Positions 50,317 through 64,000 of a stretch of 64,000 nt of DNA are shown here, piece by piece (within the stretch, counting starts at the first letter, position 1; the number at the start of each line of letters is the position of its first letter). The translations under genes were made by a program, and so were the position numbers. This DNA comes from Phoronis australis (lineage: Eukaryota; Animalia; Phoronida). The notes under the pieces were generated by a model. The model had not been told where the DNA came from, searched no databases, and saw only the letters and a list, made by a program, of their open reading frames with translations. The stretch is taken from contig NMRA01000255.1 of the NCBI GenBank assembly GCA_002633005.1, positions 415,196 to 479,195 on the forward strand, written 5' to 3'.

Positions 50317-51948
50317 CATTACAGGCATATCCCGAGCTACAAATCAAATCTATATGACCAACGGCATGTATGAACAGTAATTTAAGCGTGTCACAAATTT
50401 AAAATTCCCCACATTGTCAATTCATACATTATCAATTACCCGTAAGCCTACTTGTATTGCACAGGTGTGGGCTACCATTTCAATCATACACTATTATTGT
50501 ACGATTTACCGATATGGGATCACTGGCCGTAGATTTAATTAACTGGCGTCACAAACTTCACTTGTTCTCTGTGTCTAATTACAATAGTTAACCAAAAAAA
50601 ATCTGCTGTTATCTAAATGTATTGAGAAAATGTCGTTATTGTGATAACTGCTTCGGGGAAAATGGTACTTTAAAGTACCACAGACATCGAGGTCAAGAGG
50701 CCGGCATCCGATGTCCCTTCTAGAACAAAATTTTTGGCTTCATGCAAGCTACGGCATGTAGCGATGTTTAAGTTTTCGAAAGATGTCGGGGAAAAAATTA
50801 ACGTACTTGTAGACTTTTATCCCTATGGAATAGTGGAGCTTTGACTGAGTTCATTGCAAAACAAACATCTAAAATCAAATATTGGTGCCATTTTCATTCA
50901 GGACATGAGTCGACAGTTGTCTATTTAAAATATTTTAGTTTTAATAAGCTCTGTAAAATGATGTTAATTGTGTGTAAATATCAATTTAAACCCGAGAACG
51001 ACTATATAGCGGTTATAAGAAAATGAGGAATGAGTTTTATAGCTGATGAAAAACATGTATGTGAGCAAGATTAATGTTTGCAAATGTGACTAACATGGAC
51101 AAAACTATGACTCCATCCTGTTATAAGCAAGCTGTGTGGTGCATTAGAACTAGATTGTTACACTGATCATTGAGTAGCACTAATTCCAAACAAGGCCTCT
51201 TAGGCCCGTTAGAAGGTAACACGTATTGGGGGTGAGGGGAGCACAAACCAAATCGACTTCACCTAATTTGCCCCCACACCCGCTCTACATATCGCCATCA
51301 CGTCCGCCGGCGGCGCCGATTTTGTACCGTTCCCAAGTTCCGCCGTATGTGCATGGTGGCAAACTCCGGGGAACAGGAAGCAGCCATCAGAACTTGAGAA
51401 ACGATGTTTGAACAAAATTTCACGGAGAGTGAGAGTTAGGCCTGGACCAGCACAAACGGATAGCGGGAAGCTGGGCTGTCGTGGTTCTTAATGAACAAAA
51501 CCTGTGACACCAACTGAAAATGACTGACCGGATAACCTAGGCTAGCCGCTAGTCAGCTCAGCTATAGATTCACTTGAGACAGCTAGGTAGCTCAGCTCGT
51601 TCCCATCCGTCTGCGCTGGCCCGGCAGAAGTCAATTTTATTACGGTCCAGTTTGGGGGAAGTTCAATGTATTAGGGTCATGGTTTGGGGGGAGGTTCAAT
51701 GTGTTAGGGTTACCCTTTCAATGTATATTTTGAAAGGGCGAGGAACCAGAGTCCTTTGTGCACTGCCTTTGTGCTGTCACACAGGGTGTCCCAAATAGTT
51801 CTCACACTTCAGTACAACGCCGGAAGTTCAAATTCAGTTCCCATAAATCAGATTCTGGGCTAGGGCCATGTATTGAAAGAGGGCGCGTGAGCCATGTGGT
51901 AGATAACTTTTACACTTAACATGTTTTTATCCTGTATGAATAAAATAA

Positions 51949-51987
<39 letters not shown>

Positions 51988-51995
51988 GTTATTAT
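51949..51995. repeat. (ATT)n microsatellite
   Basis: Direct reading; absent at the orthologous unit A site (~21840). Confidence 0.9.
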
Positions 51996-54900
51996 AGCAC
52001 GTGCTCTGCATGCACGAGACTGACCAAAATCGACTCCGTGTTGGAGAACTAAAATTTATTGCGCAATACTGTTGGAAACAAAACAACATAAAGGAAGTGC
52101 GAAGACAGTCAACTTAATGAGCATAAAGTGTTAATTTGATTTATAGACTTAATTCCTGTCTGATCTGCTATTTGCGAATTTAAACATCTAACCTTGTTCC
52201 TAGGTGAATAAAAATGCATTGTCACTTGGATTGAAAGTAGGTTACATTTTAGAATACCCAGTAAAACTATCCGAATTTCATCAAAATCTTTGGGAGTTAT
52301 TTCAGATTGGCAAAAATCGTCTAGTGTACCTTAAGCTATTTGCGGATCGGATGATAGAGATTTTTTCAACATCAGCCTGCATCTATGTGCACTAAACCAT
52401 CATCAATTCTTACAAAATTAGCTTCTCATTGTCAAAAATTCATCTAAACATCAGTCGACCTTAGTAGATATGTAAACATGTGAACCAGAAGCCAACAAAT
52501 TCTCCGTTAATCAAAACGGAGTATTGTTAGCAACTTCCGAAGGCATGCGCGCAGATTCTGAACGGGCAGCCAGGCCATGGGAGACGGGGCATGCCACGGG
52601 GTTTTGCAGTTCCCTTAAGAATTTTTCCGAATTTAGTTATGGTTCATTCCACAGTTAGCTATTACGGTTTTTGGGTTAAATTTGAACTCCAAAACTCAAG
52701 GAAATATTTCTTTTGTATAATTCAGAAATAGTGGTCTTCAAATTCTTCAAACTTCTATCCTTTCAATTGTTGTTGATGCCGAATGTTGTGCTTTGCACAG
52801 AATTGTTTTGGGTTTTTTTTCAATGAATCTGAGATCTTTTCTTCTTCCTCTCACGACCATTTGACAGTGATTAAAAGAGGGACAAAGAAGCAATTGCCCC
52901 GAGCCGCCCTTCCTCCACAGTCTGAAAGGAGACCCGTTCATATGAAAGGCTAAAGATAATTAAAAATGGAAATGAGTTGCAGGTAATTCCATTATCGTTT
53001 GACATAAAAGTTTGCATATCACAAAACAGTAAAATACAAATCGCATATATCATTAATATCCGTCTCCGCGAGTGGCCCCTTGAGGAGTTATCACTAAAAC
53101 ATGAAAAGGGTGGCCGCACGGCTGCTATCTAGTTCCTTCCAAGAGCTGGGCTCCTAAGTATGAATGGGTGTCTATTTTGATGAGCAGCAATTGATTCTAT
53201 AAGCCAGGCTCGCATTTTTTATCAAGTGATAAACAATTTCGAGGAAAAAAGAAAACAGAGAGCGACAGATGACTCCGTTATTCCTTGCCAGAGAGGGGTG
53301 TCTGGAGAAATAGTTTTGCATTCGCTAAAATTGTCTTCCTTAAGTTAAAAACCAGAGAATTAATATGCTCTACAAAAGTCGGGTTTACAAATGCTTTTAA
53401 AAGCACATATTCTCAAGTGCGTTTGGGGTACCTATGCAAAAATAGGCTCCCTTAACAACAATGTCGTGGGCAGGGCCCTCAAAGTGTAAATCAAAATGAC
53501 AGATGTTCTCTTGAATTTCCTCTCTTCTTCATGTTTCGTTGTCTTATTTTTCTCGATTTTCCCCCGGCCCTACACCTATGACGGTTGCTACGGCATAAGC
53601 CTAATGCCTGCAAATTATTGGGCGATAGGAGGCACGTGCACCCGCCCCTTACGTTTCTTACGGCCATGACTCCTTTAGGATTATACAAACAAAGTAACGC
53701 ACTCACATATATGATGACTGCACTTGGGAGTTCACCGTCTCCACCGACCACGGTCACTGACGCGTGTTCTTCCAATTTATCTCATACTCAAAACAAACTC
53801 TGGTAGAAATCTAGATTACTCCATTCCAATTAGGCCGATCAAATAATGCCTATACTCCACCAGACCTGCGCTAAAACAGATGGTAAAGCGGCGTTGCTTA
53901 TTTCGAAAGACTTAATTGTTTTTACCGTAGTGAAAGGTTCGATGTGATCGGTAATTAGATGGCTATTAAAGACGAGAGGTGACCTAGGATAGCGTAAATG
54001 CTTCTATTATCGGACACTTAAAAACTTTCCTCACAAACACATGTAGAGCCTGTACTGTACGTTTATCCCGAATGGAAATCAGAGGCTGGATTAGCCGCAC
54101 CGGTTCGGCTGCAGTAGGCCGACAGATGAGTATAACTGGACAAGTCACTTTAGCCAGAAGGGAACTTATCCGGCAAGTTAACAAATTCACCAACAGACTG
54201 TTCCAAATGCCTCAGAACTTATCTGAGAACTGATTTACAAAAAATCCTACGCAAATTCAACATTTTCCCACATTTCCAGTAATTTTAATGAGAGTTGTAA
54301 AGCTTGTTCTCGATAGAACCTAAACAGAACAAAATTAACCGGCAATGGTAGACATTCCAGAAGATTACTTTCAAACTGTCTAAACGGATTTCACAAGTTT
54401 AAACGGGGCCTCCTTCAGCAGCAGCGTGTAAGGCGACTTGGGGATGGCACGGACGACATTCATGTATTTGCTCGTTGGAGCTACCACTGCCGTGCTAATT
54501 CAAATTCCACTGGGACCATTAGTACTCCAATTTTCTAACACATCGAGCTACTCAGGACGGCAAAGAAAAAAACTAATATTTTTATATCTGTTAAGTTGAT
54601 TTTATTTAAGTCGTGTGACAGTACGTTGAAATCACTCCAGAATTCTAGAATAATACCATGAATTAATTGCTACACCTCTAAGCAGAACCGAGATACGCCG
54701 GCTCATGACCTGTTGGTCGGGCACGGAACCTTTGTACACTAGATTCAGTTGACTGACTTTTGTCTTTCATCACATCGGATGTGCAACTCAGAATCGCATG
54801 TTGATCTCTCACAGATTTGTTTCAAAAAGACGAACTTAAAAGGGTCAGGAAATCTATAAAGTACACACTTTTGCGTATCTTATATTTAGGGATTTTGAGC

Positions 54901-56040
54901 TTGTTAAAAAGACAATGCAAGTTTTTTTTTCAATTTTAACAGAACAAATGAGCATTTTAAAATTTATAACTAACACCTTTCAAAAGTTATGTTAAGGAGA
55001 AAAACCTCAACAACGGCGGTGACTTTCGTGGAAGTTACATACATTTCATGATCGAGCTAACTATCTAAAAGCTTGGGTTTTTATAAGGCCGATTCAATAA
55101 AAAGGTAGAATTCCGATCATTTTTATTAGTGGACTGCTTCTTGAGTTCCTACACATATTGCATCTATGCCAAACGTGGTAGCCGGGAACGAAAAACAAAT
55201 GGGCAAATTCCAATACTTTTTGCTGCACACGAATTTGAACTCTCATCACAAACGCGGTCAAATTTTAACACTGCGCAACCCGTACAGAACTGTGTAGACA
55301 TGTGTTTTCGTCTTTTTTCACAAACTTACGTTGCTACTTTTATAACGGAAAGTGTCGTATATCACCATTTATACCACAATATTAGCCTCGAATGGCAGAT
55401 ACAACCGTGTAATAACCCATAAAGTTATCTCACTAATGAGGTAACATTTTGGCGGGAAACCGAGGCCGGTTTCGATCCCGGGCCTGAAGAGCTTCGAGTC
55501 GTCGACTTTACCACTACACTACTCAGCGGCGGACGTCATCGAACGCGCAACAATCGCATGTTCAGCAAAGGGCATTGAACCGACATTTATACGCTATGAA
55601 AATTAAGACGCATAATTTCCATAAAAACGATACTTTAATTCAGTGAATTTTTTTCTCGTGTTCTCTAACTTACAAATCACCGATCTCCAATTTGAATGCT
55701 GGTATCGTGTCGTCGGGATCCTTTGACTTGAGCATTATGCTCAGTTACTAGTGGTAACCTACTTTAGCAGACGAGATTTTCCCGGTTGACGCTTAGCGTG
55801 ATAAAATGTGTAGTAAGCTATAATAGTTCACTTTATTTCTATTTTGTTTCAATTGGTTTTGAATTAAAGCATTATTTGACAAAAATAGCTCGTTTTTTCT
55901 TAAAAGGTCACGACCTCCGACCCCGGGCCTCTGACATAGAAAGTAGTAACTAAGTCGAGGCGAGTCGAGATAGGTAGATCGATTCATTGCAACGTTTCTC
56001 GTTCAGGACGTGGTATAAATAGGTTATTACATGTTCTCAT

Positions 56041-56161
56041 TCGTTATCCCCCTTATCTAGAGCCCTCGTGGATTTTGTAGAATTATCACCCCCGGGGCTA
56101 AAGCCCCTTGGGCGTTAATTCTCCAAAATCTATTCGGGCTCTTGATAACGGGGGATAACGA
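56041..56161. repeat. 121-bp imperfect palindrome (foldback element)
   Basis: tcgttatccccc..agagccc..gatttt / aaaatc..gggctct..gggggataacga. Confidence 0.8.
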
Positions 56162-57983
56162 CTTTTCAACTAGTCTTCAAAAACATATGAAATGTATAAA
56201 ATATACATGCCTAAGGTTTCAAATGTCACTGTCATTTAGTAACGCCAGCACTCGACAAGTGCCATTAAAATACCTGTAATTTGCGAAAAACTAACGATAA
56301 ACAATCAGTCAATAACAAATACTCGGGAAGATGGCAGCCGGAACGACCCACACTCGTAGCGATCCTGGCGTCAAAAATGAATGTAGAAGCCCCCCATTTG
56401 AAGTACTGTTTTCAGTCTTCAACGATCATAACGACACGTCTCTATGGCCTTAGCGCAGAAATAACTTTAATATTAGTTAGAAACAAATTGAGACCATTTA
56501 TACCTAGGAAGCAAGTAACGGTAATTTGAAAATTAATGACCTTAACATAGACTAACTTGACGAGGAGCTTAATAAAGACGTTTTGAATCGAGAACAATTG
56601 AGTGCTTTATATTCACCATATGGTGCTATGGGTTCTCTTTTTAAGACCTGGAAAAGATTGAGAGCAGAAAGCAGTTCATCAGCATGGCGGGTGTGTGGGC
56701 TCATGATCCCACGTGAGTACCCGGATGCATGCATCAAGGCAGGTTTACAAGATCCGATAATCAGGGCATGAATTATACCCCATAATTTAACATCACCGAA
56801 TAATCATTTCGGTGTCTGCCAGTTGAAATCATTGGCTTTTCACTCGTTTTTTTCACTTGATTTTTCGCGGTTTTGAGTGTGCCCGTCTTTCTCGCAAGAA
56901 ACTTTGGTACACAAACGCTCCCAAGCTAGGTGCATGGACCGTTGTCGCACTAGCGCCAACTTGTTAAGTACCGGCCATTGTATTTGAACTGGAATCCTGA
57001 ACGTTTGCGGTTTTGGTGTTACAAAGTTTCTTTAATAATGATCAATAAAACACTTCTTTAGCCACAACACTTTTCACAAGATTTGTATGAAATTGATGTT
57101 CCCATAGGACAACTCCAGATTGAAAACAGCCTGAGCGGAACGGTTAGAATTCAGCTGAAAACAACATAGCAATCCTCTTCTGCGTAGTTTGAAGTTTTGC
57201 TGTCACTGGAAATGGATACACTTGGGGAGACAGTTTGCTGTTACCGGCATATGTGCAAATTTCATGCATTACCTTTATCTAGACAGGCCAGAGACAGCTA
57301 CATGCACTTGTAGGTCCCACACCGTATCGATTCGTTATATCAGCGACCCCAGTTGTTCTCAAACACGTGTCTACGCCCACATTGATATGCAGTATTCAGC
57401 ATTCTACGGAGGGAGTTGTATCTTGGAAAAAAAAACGCCGAGCTGAAAGCAAGCAAATTTGATTCATGCGATGGTTCCAAGCTGCTTGGAAACTCATACC
57501 ATAATCCACCTTCTGCCAAAACGTTTGCCTTTTGATTAAGACCACTAATAGTTACGAAATAGGACAGTCCGCTTTACACAGCTACACTCGACTCTCGCTG
57601 TTTACCCACAATGCCGTAAACATTCGTTAGGCACCTTTGCTGCCTTGCTTTTATGTTACTGGAGTTTCAAACGTTATTTGTTGTCTGATTCTTTATAAGT
57701 TTTTCTCTATGGCATTACTCTAGTGGTCATTCCAATGCCCACGAAGTACACTGCTGGGCTGCAACAACGGCGTGAGGATGAAGGGAGGAAGTTTGCCTCG
57801 GATAAACTGGACAAATACCCATGGAAGCGTGATTTGAAATTCTTCGCATTTCTGACATCAATGAGAGACACGAAAGTGTGCCTGATTTCCAAAACGGGGT
57901 CACGCGCTTTCTTATCTCTGGGGACAAAGGACAAATTTATCGCCGTGTAATCTGACATGGCTCTATTGTCATCAACTTGTTTG

Positions 57984-58139
57984 CAGGGGCGGATCCAGGA
58001 TTTTGAGTTAAGAGGGGGCAGGGCAAAGTATTATCCAGGATTTTGCCCGTCAGACATTCGCACCCCTAACTGCCAAATGGAATCTGAAAGAATTTGGGGG
58101 GGGGCATGGCGCCCTTGGTCCCCCCTTAAATCGCCACTG
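57984..58139. mobile_element. Mini element with CAGGGGCGGAT...TCGCCACTG ends
   Basis: Termini resemble the 4283/49001 family; no TSD found. Confidence 0.5.
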
Positions 58140-60282
58140 TACACCTACCTTTAGTTACCTTTTAAAGTCATACTCATCTCATATATCCACCTCCTTTTAT
58201 AAAATTCGCTCAAACCCGTTATTGAAATTGGAAATAATGGCGACACTATTTGGACTCTTGGACAAATACCCATTTTATATAATAATTGCATACATACCGT
58301 ATAAAAATGTGGGCTTTATTTAGGTTCGATAAATATTATACAAACATGTTTGGTGTGTTTGTTTAACGCCTCATCCGACAAGCTTGGATTGATTGTTTGG
58401 TGATTCTATTCACCCGTTTTAGATTGCCAAACGGTGTTATAATTTCTCATGAAAGCCCAGGGCACGGGTCTTCATTTTTCCTCTCGATTATGTTTTTCTA
58501 CTTTTCCGCTCTACATTTTTGTTAACTCAAGATAAGCGTCTAGTTTGGCTAGACTTTTGCGAGGTCCTAGTGTAGGTCCTAGCGTTACTGAGCTCTACCT
58601 AGGTCTGCACTTGATGATCTCAGCATTAATGGGTAAGTTCGAGTGTGAGTGTGTACCTCAAATTGGATTAGACACGTATCAGCACAAACTATAACATACT
58701 GGAGCAGAGAAACAGGCACTTTTCTTGACTTTACAAAAAGTAGAAAAAACGTCAAGACTAATTTCGAGTTTGATTTTGAGTACAAAGATAAGACCCCGGG
58801 CGCACAGAAATCATTATTCATGTGACAGAAATTCACTCCGAAGTCCCGTATTTTCACTATTGCCTACGCTGAGACTATCTTAAGTCCTTAATATGGAGCC
58901 GACTCATATTGGAAAAAATGGAAAGTCGCTTGAAGCCTCTTTTCCTACACCACGTTTGCAGCCAAAACGATGTAGGTGCTTGCGGTTGCCCAAGATTGTC
59001 AACTCATATTTATTTCGTGTTTTTACGGTGACACAGGATTTTCCAGTCCTATCGGTATCAGTAGAGTTTTCATCTTTATCGATACACATATTACATATAT
59101 TTATAGATTTAGTATCTCTGTCAATAGACTTGCTAACTGCTGTATGGACTGATAGAGTTGGTATCTCTACAGATAGATTTACTGTATTGATAGTGTTACT
59201 AACTCTCTCAATAGAGTTACAAGCGGTGGCGAACGGTAGGGAGCAAAATTAGTGGGGTAATATAGTGCCGACATGGAAGATGTAAAATAGCACTGGCGCA
59301 TGGCGACAATCAAGGGGTGTGAAAATAATAGAGAAAGTGGGAGCAGTAAGCGAGAGTGGAGCTGAGAGCGACATTAATGAATGGTAACTGGGGAGCGAAA
59401 GTTTGAGGGCCTTTGTAATCCAACTGCTATTGGATGCGAGGGAGTCCCATACGCTGGTTATGTTACAGGGCCGTAAGAAATGTAAATCTGCCACAAGCCA
59501 ACTACATGAGCTACAAATTGACCATTGCAAGGATAGTGATCTGGAACTTTACACTCAAATTAGAGGCGATTTATCGGCTTGGAAAGAGCTGACATTTCGT
59601 AATTGCTACAGATCACAGAGGTCACTTTATGTTGCAAGGATAACCTCAAGTAAAAACAAACTGCTATAGCTTCCCAAGCACACGAAACAATTCTCATCTG
59701 AATGAAGAACAAGACCAGACTAATTTAAAGCGATACTTGATTTCTTTGACGGAATGAGGAAGTTTAGAAGCTTTAAAAACTATTCACATTGTTCTAAGTT
59801 AAAGGGCCGTTATCTCTCTGCTTAAACACAAACCATAGACAAGGAATTGGAATCTATGGCCCTAAAGTTTGAGGTACAAACTCGAGAGAAAAAGTCGACA
59901 TTAAAGTCCTGATTTCGAGTTCAGACTTGAACTTGTAGCTTTAATGTTGTAATCGTCAATTTGGAACTTGGACTAAAAACTCATCAGCACTAAACTACTC
60001 GAGCACGGAATAATAGATACTTATCGGGGGTTTGCGCAACAAAAGACAGAGAAATGCAAATACTGTAGAGTTCGATTCCGAGTATAAAGACCACGGACCC
60101 AGGTTGCACAAAATTATTAACGTCACGACAGAAAATGACTTCCATCCGTATTACGGGTTTGGCAAAAAAGAGTATGTCGCAAAACCAGCAGTCTTTCGAG
60201 GGTAGTTCAGTCCTTCCAAAACTGGGCTTCCTCCTATTAGTGGCTGTTGATGATATATTAACCATTTAACATTTCGAGACCA

Positions 60283-60511
60283 GGGGCCCGTTCCAAAAAA
60301 ACTGACTTAGCAAAGACAAATCATATATTTTAGTAAACTTTAAGATAAAACTCGAGTTTGTCTCAGCCGTTCCAAGAAAGAGATCTTTTAAGCTTAAGAA
60401 GTTTGACCTAAATTTTTCACATAAGTTTTGTCTTAATTTTGAAGTTTTAAAGTTCGTAAGTTGAGACTCAAGTTAAAAATTAACTTAAGTTAGTTTCTTG
60501 AAATGAGTCCC
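60283..60511. mobile_element. PIF/Harbinger-like MITE
   Basis: gggcccgttccaaaaaaactgactta versus taagttagtttcttgaaatgagtccc. Confidence 0.6.
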
Positions 60512-60686
60512 TGTTTATAGTTTGTAGAGTTAAAGCGGATATTAACCCGCCTTCCGTCACTGAACCAAGTTAGATTTAAACTACGTACTGTTATGAAATT
60601 GAGCTCAAACTATTTGTTAGGCAAAATAGATGTGATTCTTAGGCTTCAAATGAACTGACAGTTGGTTATTACTTGGGACTATGAAC

Positions 60687-61148
60687 TATACATGTTGACT
60701 TGTCTTAGCGGGACTAGTATCTACATTTTGACTTGTCTTAGCGGGACTAATATCTACATGTTGTCTTGTTTTAGCGGGACTAGTATCTACATGTTAACGT
60801 CTCTTAGCGGAACTAGTATCAACATGTTGACTTGTCTTAGCGAGACTAGTGTCTACATGTTGTCTTAGTTGTATCAGCGGGACTAGTATCTACATGTCGA
60901 CTTGTCTTAGCGGAACTAGTATCTACATGTTGACTTGTCTTAGCGGGACTAGTATCTACATGTTGACTTGTCTTAGCGGGACTAGTATCTACATGTTGAC
61001 TTGTCTTAGCGGGACTATTATCTACATGTTGACTTGTCTTAGCGGGACTAGTATCTACATGTTGACTTGTCTTAGCGGGACTAGTATCTACATGTTGACT
61101 TGTCTTAGCGAGACTAGTACATGAATCTACATGTAGATTGTCTTAGCG
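60687..61148. repeat. 33-bp minisatellite, ~13 copies
   Basis: Unit acatgttgacttgtcttagcgggactagtatct, head-to-tail with no spacers. Confidence 0.95.
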
Positions 61149-64000
61149 TGTCCTTTACTCACCGAGCTTGGTCTAGAGAACTAAAGAACGATTAATATCT
61201 CGCAAGACCAAAAAGTCATATCTCTAATTTTATAGCGGTAAGTGGCCTAAGTTAAAAGTTAGTTACTTCAATGGCACGCCGCTTTATAGCATCTTTAAGC
61301 AAATCATTTCACTATTTTCAAGTTTTTGGCGGAAATAGAAAAGGAAATGACTCTTTAAAATTCTGTGGTTGAACGTATGTCTCAGAAAATTACAATGAAG
61401 ATATAATTATAAACTTTGAACATTTGAGTTAAATTTACTCGATTTTCGGATCTTTGTATATCTTTTTGTCTCCCAGACTAATTCAATAAATTTTCAAAGC
61501 GATCATTTGATCTTTTGAAGCTAACACACTACCTTGCTAGTCGCATTCTTCAAGTTTAGCGCATTATAGTTTCAAAATATTTGTTTACGTGTCGTCTTTG
61601 CGGCATTTTCTGTTGTTAAATTGTTTTAAAAGCAAAAATCAAAACCACGGTGCAGGTCCTTTCGAAATTGGTGTCAACATTTCCCTTGTTATGATATCTC
61701 CCTAAATAGGCATGAAGAACAACCACACACATTATGAAACCACATGACTGGTAGATGTGTAACATTTTGGATCTGCTATTCCCATAATTGTTCAGATACT
61801 ACAAGGCTTGCACATGCTCTAAATTCAGAGTATTCGGTACATGCAGCTTAAGATGCTATAATGAGAGTTATTTGAACAAACAATAAATATGTAAAACTGC
61901 TTCGATGTAACACACTTGTTAAAATATTTTCGCCTTAAATTTATAACTTTTTTAAAAAGGCAACCATCCGTCCTTAAATCCTTGCTTAGAAACACATCTA
62001 CTTGTAGAACACCTATTTGAAAACCTGCACGCCTGAACTTAAAATGTGATATGACATTAATTCTATCTTCTGTAGGTATTACAAAACAATTAAGCTATGA
62101 CATCGAACCTGGTCTCCGACTCTTTTGCGTATTCCTTCTCTGATACTCCTGGTCCGCTCTCTCAACGATTTACGCAATTGGCCCATGCTTGTGCTTTCCT
62201 GTTTGGCGGAATCCAACAAAGTTGCAATCTGCTTCCCAACGAGTAATATCTCCAGACAGTAATTTATGTTGTTCGTTATCTAAATATCAAGTTTTCTCGA
62301 TTCGGCATAATAACCCGTGCGCGGCGTATGTATAACTTCGCCGCACAATTACCCGTATGAATGTTATTTCTAAATGCGAAAATTTACAGGGTGTGTAAGA
62401 AAAACCTTGTGAGAATCGAATGGAATGGTTGAAAGTTAAACTAAAATATTTCACATTTTTCATCTATTACACATTTTTAACTTACAGTTCAACAATGAAA
62501 CAGTAAATGCAAATGTCGAAAATGGTTTCAACTCTACACACGTGTATTTACACGAGTGTAGTAGCAGTCATAAACAGCTGACTCAGAGGCGGTTCAATAT
62601 ATCGTATACAAAATGGAGACTTGTTGAAGTTCAAAAAATCCTTACTATCCAATTGAGTCGACGTACCCGTGCGAAATGCGACTTTCTAATACATCCACGT
62701 GGTGCAATTATCCTTAAAGACTTCTATAAAATTATTTTGACTAAAATGATCTATTAAAGGTGATATAAACACCTCTTCCGACAAAAGCTATCTTTTTATC
62801 TAAACCCTTTATCGTTTGAAAACTCAACCCTGTAAGTTCCTCACTCCAATTTAAAATAGTTTCTGGACTTGCTTGTGACCGTGAACGGTGTCTAGAAGGA
62901 CTCGCCGAGCGTGAAGACATATTTGGCAAATAACAAATTGAAAGTTCGATCCTGAGACCGGAATCCACCTCTTATTTGAGAGAAGTTTTGTCTAAGTCAA
63001 AATCTAGTTTTACAAGACGGCACATACCGTGAATAACACGCTTGCAAAGAAGTCACACATTTCTAAATTATACGGGAATTTTCACCGCCCGTCCTTCTGA
63101 GCGGCTTGTACCAGGATCAAAGAGTGCGCGGCGCCGGAATCAGGTACAATTGTGATGACTGCATTGCCCGATGCGAGCAAGACCCAACTAAGGTTATTTC
63201 CAACTTTATTCACAAAAATGGCCATTTTTACAATATTTCACATGTGTCACATGTATCTTCATTCTCGGGGAACTTAAAATACAAAATGTATACTGCGTAG
63301 CGAGAAAAAAAGATTTAACAGAACGACCTCGGAACCGCACAACAGCGTGGATATTTGTTTACTACTTATCGGAGGTCAAATATTAAAGGGCTTTCAATCA
63401 AATCGAATCTCCCGCCAGGTACAGAACAGCTTCGTATACCCAGTCCTTTCATTCACAAAATCGCCATAACATTGAGTAAACGAGGTGTACATATGGTAGA
63501 ATGGTGCCCGGGAAAACAAAGACAAAACGTAGTTTTAATCCTAAGGGAGTTGTGCGTCTACATGCATACGACCGTTGGCGTTGAGAACGAATGCTACGGT
63601 CGCCTCAGGCCTCTGTGGTCATTAAACACAGCAAATTGTCGGTGAAAAGAGATAAATCATCACCCTAATTCCTTCATTCAATAATGCTTTAACCACCGAT
63701 TCGATCTTTGTTATCCATTTCTTAATTGGTTACGTATCAGCAAGGAGTGTACGAGTATAGGAGAGTTCACTCCGCCATTTTACCATTCGCCGCAATGGTT
63801 ACCGGTCGAAACACTAGCGCTCCAAGCGGTGAATAATCAATACTTACTTAGGAGCGCAGTCCGAACAATGTAAACACTGATGAATTCATACTTTAATGAC
63901 GTTCAACGTGCAATAAAATTACTGTGTGATTGAAAATGGTTAGAATACGTAAACTAACATCCACTTATAATCGAATGAGAATGAAAATGTGTATTTTAAT

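Larger units (their letters stand above)
22106..52259. repeat. Segmental tandem duplication, unit B (more complete form)
   Basis: See unit A; carries lectin B and the intact TMEM26. Confidence 0.93.

Noticed and set aside
2281-52259. Units A and B as uncollapsed alleles rather than paralogs
   Set aside because: Divergence is high, each unit has its own insertions and deletions, and the junction is discrete. Not fully excluded without read data.
54445-54600. Short hydrophobic ORF MARTTFMYLLVGATTAVLI..
   Set aside because: No clear splice donor or homology; could be chance.
60687-61148. 33-bp repeat array as a CRISPR array or a repeat protein (MLTCLSGTSIY)n
   Set aside because: The units are contiguous with no unique spacers and no cas genes nearby. 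The ORF arises because the unit length is divisible by 3.
61400-62968. SR-rich ORF (MSSRSASPSRHRSRS..) and adjacent coding-looking DNA
   Set aside because: Interrupted by stops with no recognisable motif; possibly a decayed element, but unsupported.

Overview
AT-rich, intron-containing animal (invertebrate-type) genomic DNA; no prokaryotic operons, CRISPR arrays or rRNA were seen. Most of the window is one old tandem segmental duplication: unit A (~2281-22098) and unit B (~22106-52259). Each unit starts with a + strand, 5-exon gene for a secreted tandem SUEL/rhamnose-binding (Gal_Lectin) lectin. The lectin is built like a proprotein: signal peptide, KR-ended propeptide, two cationic lectin domains, then an acidic tail cut by KR/KRR/KR sites. 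A convergent - strand TMEM26 gene is intact in unit B (4 coding exons, ~385 aa). In unit A it is reduced to one frameshifted, truncated exon by three separate deletions. In lectin B the first domain has been replaced by a chimeric copy of the second domain. The remaining sequence holds nested MITEs/DNA transposons, a non-LTR retrotransposon RNase H/CCHC relic, minisatellites and foldback elements. All gene models were spliced and translated by hand, and homology calls come from remembered family motifs, not from database searches.
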